Part shown: piece by piece, positions 12,666 through 27,393 of the stretch
Position numbering within the stretch: position 1 is the stretch's first letter
Layout: each line of letters starts with the position of its first letter
DNA from: Chrysomallon squamiferum
Taxonomy: Eukaryota; Animalia; Mollusca
Direction: 5' to 3'
NCBI GenBank assembly: GCA_012295275.1
Contig: CM022671.1
Span: 27,652,001 to 27,716,000 of the forward strand
DNA: 64,000 nt
Notes under the pieces: model-generated
Seen by the model: the letters and a program-made list of their open reading frames with translations, nothing else
Databases searched by the model: none
Told to the model about the DNA's origin: nothing
Translations under genes and position numbers: made by a program

Positions 12666-13637
12666 TTGTCATGAATGTTATATCTCTTATATCAACTTCC
12701 TGAAATAGTAAATTGGCTTTTAGCTGAGTAAAATGATCTTGAAAAATTACAGCAATCTCACGTCCCTCAACAACAAAAATGAACTAATCGCTTGCAAGAG
12801 ATTTAAATCATGTAAAAGAGTATTACCTATATCAACAAGAGTGAAGCACGTTTTGTGGGCAGGTATTTTAAATGTATATAGCATCTAAACCGTTTATATA
12901 CTTTAATTAAACAAGTAACTTTTGGTAATCATATATTACTTTTAAAAAACATGCATATTTAAATAATTAGAATGATAAATAAATGTTTGTGTGCGTACAC
13001 ACAAACATACTTAAATAACGCAGAAATATAAGTTTATTCTACGATAATTTAGAAGAGGAAATGTCTTGTTTTCTTTGCCTATGTTCGCTTTAGCATTGTG
13101 ATAACTGGCTTTAAAAGTTTTATGAAACGCCCCATGATAAAATGTTTTTTGATTGAGACCTAAAGGCAACAGCTTTTCTATTATTAAACTCTCATTGTTG
13201 ACTGCAGAGACTAAATGTGTTGCATATTTACCACAGAGAAGATCGAAAAAAACCCACAAAAAACCCCAACATCTTAACAATAATCTGAACATTTACAACG
13301 AGACAGCTGTCGTAGCATTTAAAAAACAAACTAGTTTATCCACATCTAAGTATAATAAATATGTCGGCGAACAGTATTTTAGCACCTAATATAACATAAA
13401 ACTGTCTTCATTTTAAAAACTAACTTTACATAAAATTAATAAATAAAACCAGAAAAATAAACGTTTTTCAATTTTAAATTATATAAACGTTTAGCATTTA
13501 ACTTATATTTTTAGAGTCAACAAGAGTAAAAAAAAATTCATTTAAAAAATGACAAAGTAACGTGTTTCGATGTGTATATTTTGTAGGCGAATACAAAATC
13601 AAATATGCATTTATTTATTATTCTGACTGTTGTTGTT

Positions 13638-13673
<36 letters not shown>

Positions 13674-13844
13674 TTATTATTATTATTATTGAAGGGACTG
13701 TTCATCCTACAATATTCATGCGATTTAGTAAAATAAGTTCTGATACGAATCAACTGACATATAAAAAAACATTTATCAAATAAGACCTTTTTTTAAAGTT
13801 CTATTTTGCTTCATCATGTTTCTTTGATTTAGATAATAAATAGC

Positions 13845-14340
13845 AGGCCCGAAGCACTAACGCGTAATAACGTGCTAACTAGACCATAACAATAGGTTTT
13901 AAATCCATGTTCTTAGAGTCGGCTGACATTAAAGATTGCTAATATGATTTCGTAGCGTGTTGGCGAGAAATTAATGTTGTCGTAAGGTTAACGAAAAGAC
14001 GGCTTGGCTTCGTATATGTTCGTCAAATTTCGTGATTAACCGTTGAACAAAAAAAGCCATTAGTCGACTACGCACACATGGTTACGAAGCGTTCCGCGCT
14101 AGGCGTTCTACTGCCTGCGATAGTTTGGTCACGTGATACCAACAAGCAATCGGTTTGTGGCAAGCCATCTGACAGGTGGACGATTCATTCAATACATGGT
14201 CGCCACACAGACAACGATCGGAACTCGTACGCGTAGTTTTCATGGCCTTAACAGTGACAAACATACAGCACAGCCTCTCCAGAGTAATACGTTCAATAGT
14301 GGAGCTATGGTAGTCTAGTGTGGGTACAGCATGTGATCTT
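13845..14340 (+). promoter_or_regulatory. CpG-rich proximal regulatory region of the GAS2-like gene
   Basis: GC/CpG-rich island just upstream of the first coding exon; GTCACGTGAT E-box at 14128-14137. Confidence 0.45.
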
Positions 14341-14482
14341 ACCCTCATCTTTGTAGCCTGGGGGTAAGGTTAAACCAGCATGGATAGGTGCGGGATATTT
14401 ACCAGTTGAATGTGATGGGTTATGTGTCGTTTGAATATGATCTATATGGATTATTTTGTCTATCTGTGATAAATCTATAGCA

Positions 14483-15091
14483 ATGGAATCTTCGAGTCCC
14501 GGCGGTTCGGAGTGTGGCACCTTGCTGGTGCTCGAACCTAAGTCGCTGAGGGAATTTACCACAAATACCGAATATCTCTTTGCTATGAAGGAGGATTTAG
14601 CTGAATGGTTTTCTGCTTTGTATCAGAAGGAAATTAATGCTCAAACTTTTCTAAATGTTTTGGAGACTGGAGTCATTTTGTGTCAGCATGCAAATGAAGT
14701 CCAGAAATTCGCTAAACAGAGAAGGGAGCAAGGGAAGAATCTTGAAATGAAATCCTACTTCGTGAGGTCCATTCCTGAGGGACAGGTCGTTCTGAAAGAG
14801 AACGTGAAACCAGGGACGTTCCAGGCTAGGGACAACGTCTCCAATTTCATAACGTGGTGCATTCAGCTTGGTATTCCTGACGTCCTTAGGTTCGAGACGG
14901 ATGACTTGGTGTTAAGGAAGAACGAGAAAAGTGTGATTCTGTGTTTATTGGAGATAGCCAGGGTCGGAGCTAAGCTTGGCATGTCGGCTCCAATGATTGT
15001 TCAGATGGAAGTGGAAATTGATGAGGAGTTAGCTACCGGAGAACCTCCACCACAGATCAAAACGTGCAATTTGAAGTCTCTGGACGAAATA
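14483..15091 (+). CDS. GAS2L1: GAS2-like protein (GAS2L1/GAS2L2/Pigs type), first coding exon, calponin-homology domain
   Basis: gcaATGG start; AMKEDLAEW, LETGVILCQHAN, PGTFQARDNVSNFITWC and FETDDLVLRKNEKSVILCLLEIAR are GAS2-family CH motifs; ATA|gtaagt donor, phase 0, 203 codons. Confidence 0.96.
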
Positions 15092-15562
15092 GTAAGTTAC
15101 TATGTCTTAATATATATGTTAAAATACTGATATGTGGCCAATGTACAAAAATAGTGTTTACACAAATAAATGCACACACACAGAGACACACACACACACA
15201 CACGTACACATTAAACGCGTAACTTATAAATATGATGTGATATGAAAAGATATTACTAAAACGTGATTGGCATGACAGATGTATTTATTTTATTAACATT
15301 GCATGCATTCAGAACAAAGATATAAAAATATACTATTCACCGTCTTAGATAATTTTGAACACAATGGGTTGTGACTTGACTTGGTTATAACTTTATAATC
15401 TACTTGGTAGCAAATCTCTTAATCAGGGTCGTAACAGTTATATTTAGCTTAGCGAATTCGACAGGTAAAGTGTCAGTATGAACTCTTCAAACTCGCCTGG
15501 TTACACACTGCACAGTAATCACAACACGTTATCATACATTCCCGTTGTGTAACTATCAAATA

Positions 15563-15633
15563 GTTACATGATAACAATATCTGTTACATGATAACTATAT
15601 CTGTTACATGATAACAATATACGTGTTACATAA
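15563..15633. repeat. 20-bp tandem repeat x3.5 (gttacatgataacaatatct)
   Basis: Units at 15563, 15583 and 15603, then a partial gttacataac. Confidence 0.9.
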
Positions 15634-16960
15634 CACCAGTATAGCCAATTCAATAACAATGTGAATATTAAGACGTAAGAAAGATCGGCACTCTTTGTTA
15701 GTGGTGAGAGGTAAGGAACCAAGCAATTAAAAACCTCCACTGAATATTTTTATTACTAAAAATCAATACATATACAGATAAAACGATACTGAATTTAAGA
15801 ACCTCATCTATAATGGTTTTTGTTTATGTATTTATCACGAATCTTACAAAAACATTTAATTCAGAAAGTTATTTTCTGCTTTATAGATAAAAATTAAAAT
15901 AAAACAACAACAAAAGGCTCTGAAATAGCCATTAAACACTCAAGTTTTATAACTTTAGAATACGTTTAACATTTAAGAAAACTATAGAAGATCTTATATA
16001 TTTCGGTATAAATAAAAATTAGTATGCAGTCATATAAATTCAAAGAAATATGCTTAAATCAAGTTTAATATCCGGTATTTTTTTAATGATTAACTCGGAG
16101 AAAAATGATAAGAGTATTTCAGTTTGTCTTGAATATAATAACATAAGTACTTTCAATACTGTAATGGAAACTCGAATTAACTAGTATTCGTTACATGTTT
16201 AAGATGGAAAGGTTAATGGGTAAACTCAGTCATGAACAAAATAGTATAATATGACGATATATTTGAATTCTTCGTTTCTGTTTCTTATTAAGTCACCATC
16301 AACATAAGCCATGGATTCAGCTACATATGTTTTTAATTATTATTATTATTTTTTTATTTTTTATTTTTTTAAATGGTTAAACTATTATTTTCATTAACTT
16401 TTAAAAAAATGTTTTGGATGATATATAAATCTAGAGGTTTTGTCGAACATGTCATATCGTCTATTACTCTTGAGATAAAGATGGATATTTTGAAAATGTG
16501 AAAATTCTTATCATCACATTACTGATAACCGCACTGAGAATGTTTCTCTTGGCTGAGATTCTCTGGTGCTGGCGTGCTTGCATCATGATTAATAGAGGGT
16601 AGGTAAAAACTCAGCAGTAAGAGTAATGTACTGATTTTCCAGTTCTTATTTTTTTACATCTGTGAATTAAAACGTGTAAAAGGAATGTGTCAGTAAATTA
16701 ATGCTTCAGTGTCTCATCTTTCTTACTGTTTGTAAACATTTATGTCAATTTAGACACTAACATACACACACACCAGACACACACATATAAACACAAAGAC
16801 AATGATAAACAGGGGTATATTAAATGTTGGCTATTAAACTATTACTGACACTGTCTGTATCTTTTTTTAAATTCTCTACCTATATGTGTTTGTATGTGAA
16901 TGGGCTAGACAGAAATATAAAGAACAACAATGAGAGAGATAGTGATATAAATGGACAGAC

Positions 16961-16964
<4 letters not shown>

Positions 16965-17043
<79 letters not shown>
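16965..17043 (+). repeat. (AG)n microsatellite
   Basis: Direct reading. Confidence 0.99.
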
Positions 17044-17047
<4 letters not shown>

Positions 17048-17845
17048 AAAGTTATTAATCTTTTGAATCGCACTGCTATATATATAATTATTTTATCAAC
17101 AGCAATTTGCACTTTACGAACATATTGTGGGAGGAATTAGCTTAAAACCCAAATATGACTGTGGATGAAAGGCTCGAGTTTTCAGTTTTTCTGACTTGGC
17201 ACTTCTCCACGTAGCTGATCACATAATACGCCAGTGGATGGGTCCTGTTTAAACATTAAATTTAAAGACACTCCAATGTATGTTATCGTAACCGAACCGG
17301 TTTGTAACTATGTATTGTCTAAAACGTTGTGATTCATCATGATAAACATAAAGATAAAAAATAAAATACACATAACAGATCGATAAGTATTCACCGATAT
17401 ACCTAACCGGTGATTCATAGAAAGAACCAACTCAGTCCGTATTCCCATGTGTAATTTGGTACTTGATAGCGTTGCGATTACTTGTTGCGACAAGAATTTT
17501 GTTTACGTTGTAGGAAGATTACGAAATCTAGAAAACGTGACAATAACGTTATCTTACTGGTAATCGGGCTGGACATGAACAAAAATATTACAAGTGTCGT
17601 CCAGATGAATAAAACAGATTGAAATATAGTTTGAATAATCGCTGATTACTGATTAAACTTTCTGAAGAGCAAACAGTAAACATTTTAATCGTTATGGAAT
17701 TGGCGGGACGATAGGATACCATGATCACAATATGTGTTTGAAAAGGATACGATTTGCTCATTTGTCCAAACACTGACTGTTATTTCTGTCTTTTGATTTT
17801 CATATAAATATCACAGAAAGATTATTTTTATTATTGTTACTTATT

Positions 17846-17898
<53 letters not shown>

Positions 17899-20391
17899 TA
17901 TTTAAAGATATTTTAAAATGCAGTGGTCTATAACTGAAAACATATAAATTCCCATTGTGAATTCTGTTGTGTTAAACAAGATAAAGCGAAGTTTGGTCTA
18001 ATCGATTTGGATGGTATGTTACCATGACATCTTCCCTATGATAAAAATTGTTTTAACAATCGACAATAAACGAAGGTCTTAAAACCAGCGTGATCTGTCC
18101 AATAGAACCTTTTTTATTTAGTTATCGGTATCAGTGTGTGTGTGTGTGTGTGTGCGTGCGTGTGTGTGTGTGTGAGAGAGAGAGAGACGCACAAGCTGAT
18201 GATGGACAGACACACAGACAAACAGATAGGTTTGTTACAACTGCACGCTGAAGGAAAACAAAAGCAATTACAGATCCAAATACACAGGTATGAAACTGAA
18301 ATTAGTTTTTTGTGTTGTGATGTGTATGTCATATTATTTTTGTTAATCACATATCTGTTTAAATGAATGATGGTATCCCTGGTTTTGTTCGTGTATTAAC
18401 GACAGCTGTTGTGGTAGTAAATGCATATTCCTCAAGGAGGTAATATTCATACCAAACAGATGCAAACCGAGAAGGTTGCTTTTAAGTGAATAATTGCTGA
18501 TCCCTTCCCAAAGCTATTTGCTGACATCCAGACTTCTTGCAGAAATAGTCTATATTCAGCGAGAGCACTGTAAAATGTTGTTACATAATTATTAAAACGA
18601 TTTCTAAAGGTCTGCATTATATTTGAATTACATTTGTTTAAACCTACCATTTAGTTTCCAAAGTGTAATGATTTATTATTTGTATTTTGTTTAACTGTGT
18701 ATGTGTGTTGTTTTGTGTGTGCGGATACATATGCGTGCGTGTATACGTGTGAGAGACAGAGAGGGGAAAAAAACGTAATATATTAACTCTGTCCAGAATA
18801 CTATGAATAACAGCCATCACAAAGCCTATTAGCCAATATTTAATTACATAGTTTTGTTGTTGTTTTCTTTTGTAAATTCTTCACACAGATAGAGATAATC
18901 CCTGTTCCTGTTATCAGTGACATTTTCTTTTTCCCGATGAAAAGTATTATGGAAAAAATAAAAACCTCGAAGTTGTAAAAGACGCGCCATGTTATCTGGT
19001 AAAGGTATCAATTTCGGATATATTCTTTTCTTTTTGAAGAGCTTATGTACTGGGAGGGGGCAATGAACCGAAACTGCGAGCATGTTACATGAGTTGCAGC
19101 TTTGAGAAATGCAACAAAGTCAGTTTTAACTTTGTTGTTTTTAATGAGATAAGAAAAACTACTGTCAGCAGAAAAAAACCCCAAAATCAATCGTTTTAGA
19201 CTTGCATATTTGAAGTATTTATTACTTTTCAGTTTTCGTTCTTTAAGCATCTTCGGCTGAAGATAACAACTGGGAAACATTCGGTGTAACTTGATTCTTC
19301 TTCATTTTTTTTTTTTTTCTTCCCTTTTTACCGGCAGACAGCTCATTATGTCTTGTCACTAAAGATTGTGCTGTTCCCTGTTACGGTTTTCTCAAGGGAC
19401 TTTCTGTTAATACGTTTAGTGGGTCACACAGGAGTTTGGGAAAATACTGTGTGAGTCTGTGAATATTTGTCAACTGAAAAACCACACACACCACACAAAC
19501 ACGACAGATAAGTTAATAAATAAATAAATAAATAAATAAAAACCCAATTTAAAAAAAAAAAAAAAAAGCAGGAAAGAAAGAAAGAAAACAATAATAACTG
19601 AATTTATTTTTATATGATGGTCTTCTGAATTACCCTTTTGTCATTAAAATTTTGCTATTTTACTTTTATATTTTATAAATCAAATATAATAGTAAATAGC
19701 AATATTACAATTATATATGTGGCTAATTTAAAATTCTTTCTGGACATTTTTTAATATACCGAGTATTAACAAAGCGTATGTATCGTTTTCTCTAAGCGTT
19801 TTGTAACCTACGTTTAACTAGGCCGAAAACCGAGTTAATGGTTTGTTAATTTCTAGAATTACATGGGCGATTTTCTTACGACAAAACCCTGAATATAACT
19901 TCTGGTCTAAGAAAGGATAAGGTTTCTTTGGCTTTGTCAAAGATTTTTGCGAATAAGTAAATCACTGTCTGATTCAAAGACGTTTTATAATTTACAATAT
20001 TTTGCATGATAATTAAGTCTACTTATTACAATCATTTATTTAGTTTTTGCTTAATCGTGTACAGTCTGCTTTAGATCAATGTATTTTTTTTTCGGTTTAA
20101 TGAAAATCTTGGGTTTTATAGTCTATTTATTATTTATATATTTGTTATGTATTTTAATGTCAGTCACGTAATCTACCAGCTACCCAGTAAAATAATTACA
20201 GTAAACAGTAATTTATAATTTAATAACACACCCTTTTATTTTAACTGCTTGGCATTTCTCCAACATTTCTTGTTTAAAGTTATGTATGTGACCTAAAGTA
20301 ATTTGTAAAGAGCATATGATAATCCATTATGAATAAAGAACTACCGTTTGTACTGTTGTTGAAAGTAATTAAATTTTCTCAGATCCACACA

Positions 20392-20498
<107 letters not shown>

Positions 20499-20807
20499 TG
20501 ACAATTATTTTAAGATATGGGAAAACTATTCTGTAAATGATTTTCTCTTCAGTCTGGGTTTATTAAAGTATTGAATATTATTATCTAGATAAAAATTTAA
20601 GTTAAAGACTTAACAGTAGGTAACTCAGATATACATAAATGCACTGGCTCCAAGAATTATTATTATTTTTTTTAAAGATGGTTTCTAGGATATGAACAAA
20701 ATTGCAATTTTTTACACACGCACGCTCACAACACACTCAGCTATACACACATACAATCTATATTTTTTGCTCAACCGAGTCGTAATCAAACACCAAAATC
20801 AACCCTA

Positions 20808-21035
20808 TTAACCCTTATATTTCTGAATGCCAAAATATTTAGATAAATATTAAGTTAATCCTTTTAGGATTATTCTCATTTTACACTTGTTTATAATATT
20901 ATACAGATAGCTTCTGAACTAGGATTAATATTTAATCGAAGATATTAAATCATAACTGGCACAGTTTGCAGATTTTTACGGAACATTACAGTATTTTTTG
21001 TCGATATGAGGTGATTACGGTATTAAGGGATTGAA
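20808..21035. mobile_element. Possible decayed TTAA-type (piggyBac-like) MITE
   Basis: Begins ttaacccttat and ends tattaagggattgaa, an imperfect terminal inverted repeat; no coding capacity. Confidence 0.3.
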
Positions 21036-21431
21036 TAACAACAAACCTTTCAGAAATCAAAGTGTTGATAATGACCAAAAAAAATATAGCTTTGTCCTTG
21101 ATCGAATTTTCTCCATAATATTATAATGTTCATGCATTTATTCTTTAATTCATTTATCCACCTGTCACACTATTATTCATTCATGTAATGAATTGGTCTT
21201 TCAGTACGCCTAGTTAATAATTTGAGAAAAATCCTTGTCCGTTTTCAGTTGTTGTCTGATAGATTAACAGCATATACGAAAATTAAGAATTAAACGTAAT
21301 ATTATTTTTGGTTTTTTCGTTCGAATGAAATAACTATATACATTTAAAATCATTTTACAGATTTTCTCCAGTAAATGAATATGTATGTCCTATATATGTA
21401 GAAAATTATAAATGCATATATATATAAGCAC

Positions 21432-21631
21432 ACAGGCATTCACACACAAACACACACACACACATTCATACATACACACTCAAATATACATACATATATA
21501 CATACATGTATGTACGTACATACATACATACATACATAAATACACACACACACACATACACTCATACACATACAAATACACATACAAATACACATACATA
21601 CACACATACATGCATACATACATACATACAT
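21432..21631 (+). repeat. (CA)n/(TACA)n compound microsatellite
   Basis: Direct reading. Confidence 0.95.
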
Positions 21632-21951
21632 AATTAAACAAAACTTTATTTTTAACATAGGTCTTGAAGTGAGCCAGTCATGTTAAAGATAAATATTTTA
21701 TTGCGTAGGTAAAACTTTATTATTAACTGAACTAAGTTAACATACTGTTTCTGAAAACATCGCTCCATAAAATGATAGTTAACAATGAACATTTTATCGA
21801 CATAAAAATGTTTTTGTCGATCAGTTTACTATTTTGGATTAGAGCTACGCGTGATAAATCTTGTATGGACTAATAAATCTTTTTCATTTTTTTTTTACTA
21901 ATGTTAGAAAACCATAATCTAAAACTGCTTTTATTATTATTATTATTGTTA

Positions 21952-22007
<56 letters not shown>

Positions 22008-22194
22008 TTTTTTTTTTAAAGAGAATAATGAAGGACAGAAAATGTTTTATTTCAAAACTGATGGTTATTTAAAGATCTCTTTGATAATGCTGAAATCCAA
22101 CGATCAAAAACCACCCCCATACAGAGAAAAACAAACACAAAACACTATTATACTGCTGTTTATTTTGTTTTATTTTATTTATTTACTTATTTAC

Positions 22195-22249
<55 letters not shown>

Positions 22250-22566
22250 TTTGTTTGTTTGTTTTTTCATCATAGTATATGTAATAACACTAAAAAATAT
22301 GCTTGTAAAAAATATGTTTAGTTTCTCAGCTTTGGTCGATCATGAAACGAAGAGAATACATTTTTTTAAAAAGATTTGTTTTCGCAACCGTAAGCAAGCT
22401 ATGTACGACAGGTGTTTAATTCACATGGCATGTACGCATTATGTCGTACCCCGTGGTGAGCTCTAAATTGATTTTTATCTACTTTATGGCTGTGACAGTG
22501 GCGCGTATGTGTGTTATTTGTTAGGAGGTGGTTTGGTTTGTCAGAATGAGTTTTCGCTCTGTGTTT

Positions 22567-22703
<137 letters not shown>

Positions 22704-25212
22704 TAATTAATAATAATCAAGCCTAGAAACATTCCTCAAAATGTATAAAAACCCATTACAAATACTGTTTATGTACATCAGCGCGTTAGTCGTCACCACG
22801 GCTTGATTTAATGCATCTATACATAAATACGTAATAACACAAATACATATAATGAATAAATGAATATTTAACAATAGCTTAAGACAATATTAGTTGAGGT
22901 CAAAGATATATAGATGTGTAATAATGAGAGATATTAACAACAAGAATCCTTTGTATGCAGTTTTCGCACTCTGGACTACTGACTGTCAACAAAAAACCCC
23001 AAAAAACTAAATCGAGAGTGTGCAAATAATAAGCATATTATCTGTATGTATTTACACGGTAATTGTAATATGTTATAATAGCATATAATGTAACCTTCTT
23101 CGGGTAATTTATGACAAATCCTATAATAACTGTGTGACATACATTATTCATAAATTTCTGTTAGATAATCGGATGATCAACAGCCATAGGTTTCTTTAAG
23201 TAAATATAAATGAAACAAAAAAATGTTCCAAAAACAATTAAAATGTTTTGTATTATCATGTTGACAGGACACACTTTAAGTAAACAGTACTTTCCTCTCA
23301 AACAATATCAGGTTACGTATTGCGCGTCTGTCAATAGCTTTGTCACTGTGAAAAATACAGTAGTAACCTGTTGTGCAGAACAATAGACACTTCAGTTTTA
23401 AGTAAAACAAATGCAGCTGCGAAATCACAAATTACAGTTAATGTTCACAGCACTGTATTGAATGAAACATGTTTTACTTGATTACTGTATATATGCAAGA
23501 TCATGTTCTGTTTATCTCATCGAACCTGTGATTAAGCTATAAGTCCGATACATACAGAAACCGAACCCGTATAACACATAACCAGAGACAATGTGTAATG
23601 CTAAAATCGGAAGGAAATAATTATGTTTGTTAGTTTGTGTGTGTGTGTGTGTGTTGTGTGTGTGTGTGTGTGTGTGTGTGTTGTTGTATATCTGTCAGTA
23701 TGTGCGTGTATGTTTGTGCGTGCAGTGCTAGACTGAACTTGAAGGTTATAAAAAAGAAAATGTCTTCAGGTTGGAATAAAAACTTTGAAAGAAAAGAATA
23801 GCCAGCCCAAAGTGTACGTGCTTAATTCTTAGTGGACATAAAATATGTTAAACTGTTTGCAGCCTGAGACCTGCTTAATGTGTAATCAACTAAGGAGTGG
23901 TTGATTTTTCAATACGATGTTTGAGGAGTCATTCGGTTTAGTTCTATATTTTAATTAGAAGATTCTTATTTTACACAAAAGAAATATTTCAAACAAACAA
24001 TTTTTTTTTTTTTTTTTTTTTTTTTTTATAGTAGTAGTAAAACAAAGGAATTTTTTTTCAGCAACTAGTAACTTAATATTAAAATGTTAAACATATTTTC
24101 ATTCATTCATAATCTATCAGTTTGACCTGAGATATGAACTTGTTGAATGTTTCGAGACGTGTCGAAGATAACATCAAAATCAGCAGCCGTGTAGCAACAA
24201 AATCACCAAATATTTCCTATTAATATTCTAAAGTACTGTCTTAATATCCATGTGTGAGTATTGTGTACTCAGTTTGGTCATTCTTAACTTGAAAACTGTT
24301 TCCCAAGTGAGCCAGAGATCTGGAAGATACAGCGATTATCTTCCATATACAGTTCGTTAAATCATTATCAGCTCCGAGAAAGTAACCGAGATATGATTAT
24401 GGAAGAACACTTTGAATACATGTTTGAAAAATAAGTCGAACAGCTATTGAAAACGAAAAAGAAAAACTAAAAAGAGAAGTGTCTGACAGTGAAATATTGT
24501 TTGTTATCGATACGTCCTTTTCTTGTCACAATGGGTGGGTTTGTAAATGTAAGTCTGTACATTTGTTTGTGTACATCAAAAGTATTTGTGTATTGATTCG
24601 CTCTGATTGTTGTGAGATATTTCTTGCGTACAACACAATCTGTCATATATCGTTGACAAGTTTTTCATTATTATTATCATCTACTCTATATCTTTATATC
24701 GCCTTTCTAACAACCTTCGTGTTAATCCTTGCCTGAAAGGGAGATTTCAACAACACAAAACATTTGCCACAACAAGCACAGAGTAATTCAATTCCAGACA
24801 GAAAACAGCCTTTAAATTGACTGTAACATATGTGTTATAGCTTATTATATACATATTTCAAATACTGTGAAATCTCAGGAATGTTATGGTCTATAAACAA
24901 CCGTTATTATATCTGGGTAAAGTGATGGAGTGTGCAAAAATCTACAATAGCCGAAAATATTTAGAAACAGAAATTAAGATTATCGCTGAATACTGAAACA
25001 AAGTGTTATGATTGTATGATTGCCTTTCCCTTACAAAATGTTCTTGAACTAAAATGTGAAGAAAAGAAATTGTTCCTAATGATTTTAATAATTAGATTAT
25101 CCTATTAGTGTAATAACGGAATACAATTAAAGTATCATTAATCGTAGTCAGAATGTGTTCCACAATTCAGTTCAGCCGTAGGGCATGTCTTTCCTTTAAG
25201 TCTGTACATTAT

Positions 25213-25332
<120 letters not shown>

Positions 25333-27337
25333 TGTATGATTCGTGATAGACTGTCGTTAAACATTCATTGATTCCGTTTCTCAAACAAACCAAACAACAC
25401 GAACACTGGTTCACTGCGTCAAATATAAATGAAATAGCTGCAGAACCGAACACGTCCGCTTGATTTTATTGACAGTTCAATCTTGTAGAGAGTCGCTGCA
25501 TCAATTTCATTATTGTCTCTCCAGTACTCAGTGCTTGAATATATTTGACTAGCTCAGCATTATTTTCAACTGACACAGCTATTTCTGTCTGGCTCGTCTA
25601 ATGTCTCCAGTCTTCACACACACTAACTGATCTATTTCATTTCTGCTAGTCTAGAACTATCGATTCCTTTTACACCTTAATATGTAGTTGTGCCTTGTTC
25701 CCGAAAAGCATGTCAGTACTTTAAAAATGTTTTCTGTCATAAATTCAGATATAAACTTAGAGAAAGACAGTATTACACTGTTTTGTAGATTCCAAATATT
25801 CATTTTCAGTAACGAAGCTTCAAAATAAGATATAACAGAAATATGTACCAACATTGTGCGGTAATTTCAACATTACTAATATTTCACAAGCGCAGCAGCA
25901 AACATTCAACTACAGCCACCACAACTTCATAAAATGTAATTAAAAAAAATATATTTAAAAGATCAACACTTCCTCCAAATGAAAAAGAAAGAAAAAAAGA
26001 AATGTTCGTGTCCACAAACACGTAAATTAATAACATTAATTTATGCTCTTTCTGACTGACAAATATATGTTTACAGTCTCTATCTCTGTCTCTCTCTCTC
26101 TCTCATTTTATCGTCTGCACTTTATACCATCAGCCGATAACCATGAATTCAAAAGCAGACGATAGAGCATGACCTATTACACGAATGAATTACGTAAAAT
26201 TGCAGCTCTGAAAGTCAGATGTACTAAAGGTTCATGGCAGTGCTGTTATTTGAAAAAAACGACAACAAAACAACAAAAAACAATTATAGGACGTCATTAG
26301 TTACTGTATAACCTTAAAGCACACGGGAATTATATTTAAACAGGTTTGTGTTCTACAACTGGGTATCAAGATAATGTAATTGATAGGGTTTTGAAAAAAA
26401 AGAACATTAACAAATTCTGATTCCCATTTCCTAAAATATTCACGAAAGTCTTATTAGAGCAGTTTTGAGTAAAAATGAAATGAAATAATTAAATAAGTAA
26501 TTAAGTAAATAAGTCCGAAAAATTAAACAAACAAACAAACACTGTGCAGATAATATTCGATTTCAACAACAACAGGAACAATAATAATAATGTCCCATCT
26601 GTACTATTACAAAGAAAATGACAGTATATTAAAATGTGGTCATGTTTCAGTAACTGAAAACTAACATTATTTTTATTTGGATGTAAGCAACAGATGGTTT
26701 ACTGTTTGATGATTCATTTATGTTACTCTACAATATATTGTCATTGTATTTATGTTCATAATTTATATTTATATTATGAGATTCTTTATGTTTGATTCGA
26801 ATTTCCAACATACATTTGAAAAACAGCAGTACATTAAAATTCATTTATCATACACATGGCTGGTTACTTTGACATCTGATGTGTAATAATAAATGTTTAA
26901 TAATGATTTATTTGACATAATGAGGATAAAATGCAGTGGTGTCTGTGTGATATGGAAAGTATTTTACAAATTAAAAACAGTCTGACGAATATCAAATAAA
27001 ATATCTCATATATTTAAACAAATTTAATAATAATAATAATAATAATAAACAACCCATAACAAATACGTAAACAACTGTATTAGTTGTGGAGTTAATATTC
27101 ACTTTAACAGTAAAATATCCCTTTTCGTAATGAACCATAACAATACTGCTCTTCGTATAGTCTATTCATTGAATACTATTTATAGTAATTTCTTTTTCGG
27201 GACATATGCAAACATAACTAACCATTACTTGTAAAAGAACGATAGATCAAAAGTGGTTAGTTACATAAAAACGTCATCGTTTTATATATATATATATATG
27301 TTATTTTTTTCAAGTCTTAATTTCTTTATTTTTTTTT

Positions 27338-27393
<56 letters not shown>

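Noticed and set aside
14082-14562. Short ORFs around the GAS2-like start, and the TTG start at 14456
   Set aside because: By-products of a GC-rich promoter/UTR; the ATG at 14483 is in good context.
18452-18568. Exon-like minus-strand segment (ALAEYRLFLQEVWMSANSFGKGS...)
   Set aside because: No recognisable homology, phase does not match the 42692 donor, and the sequence looks like a decayed repeat.
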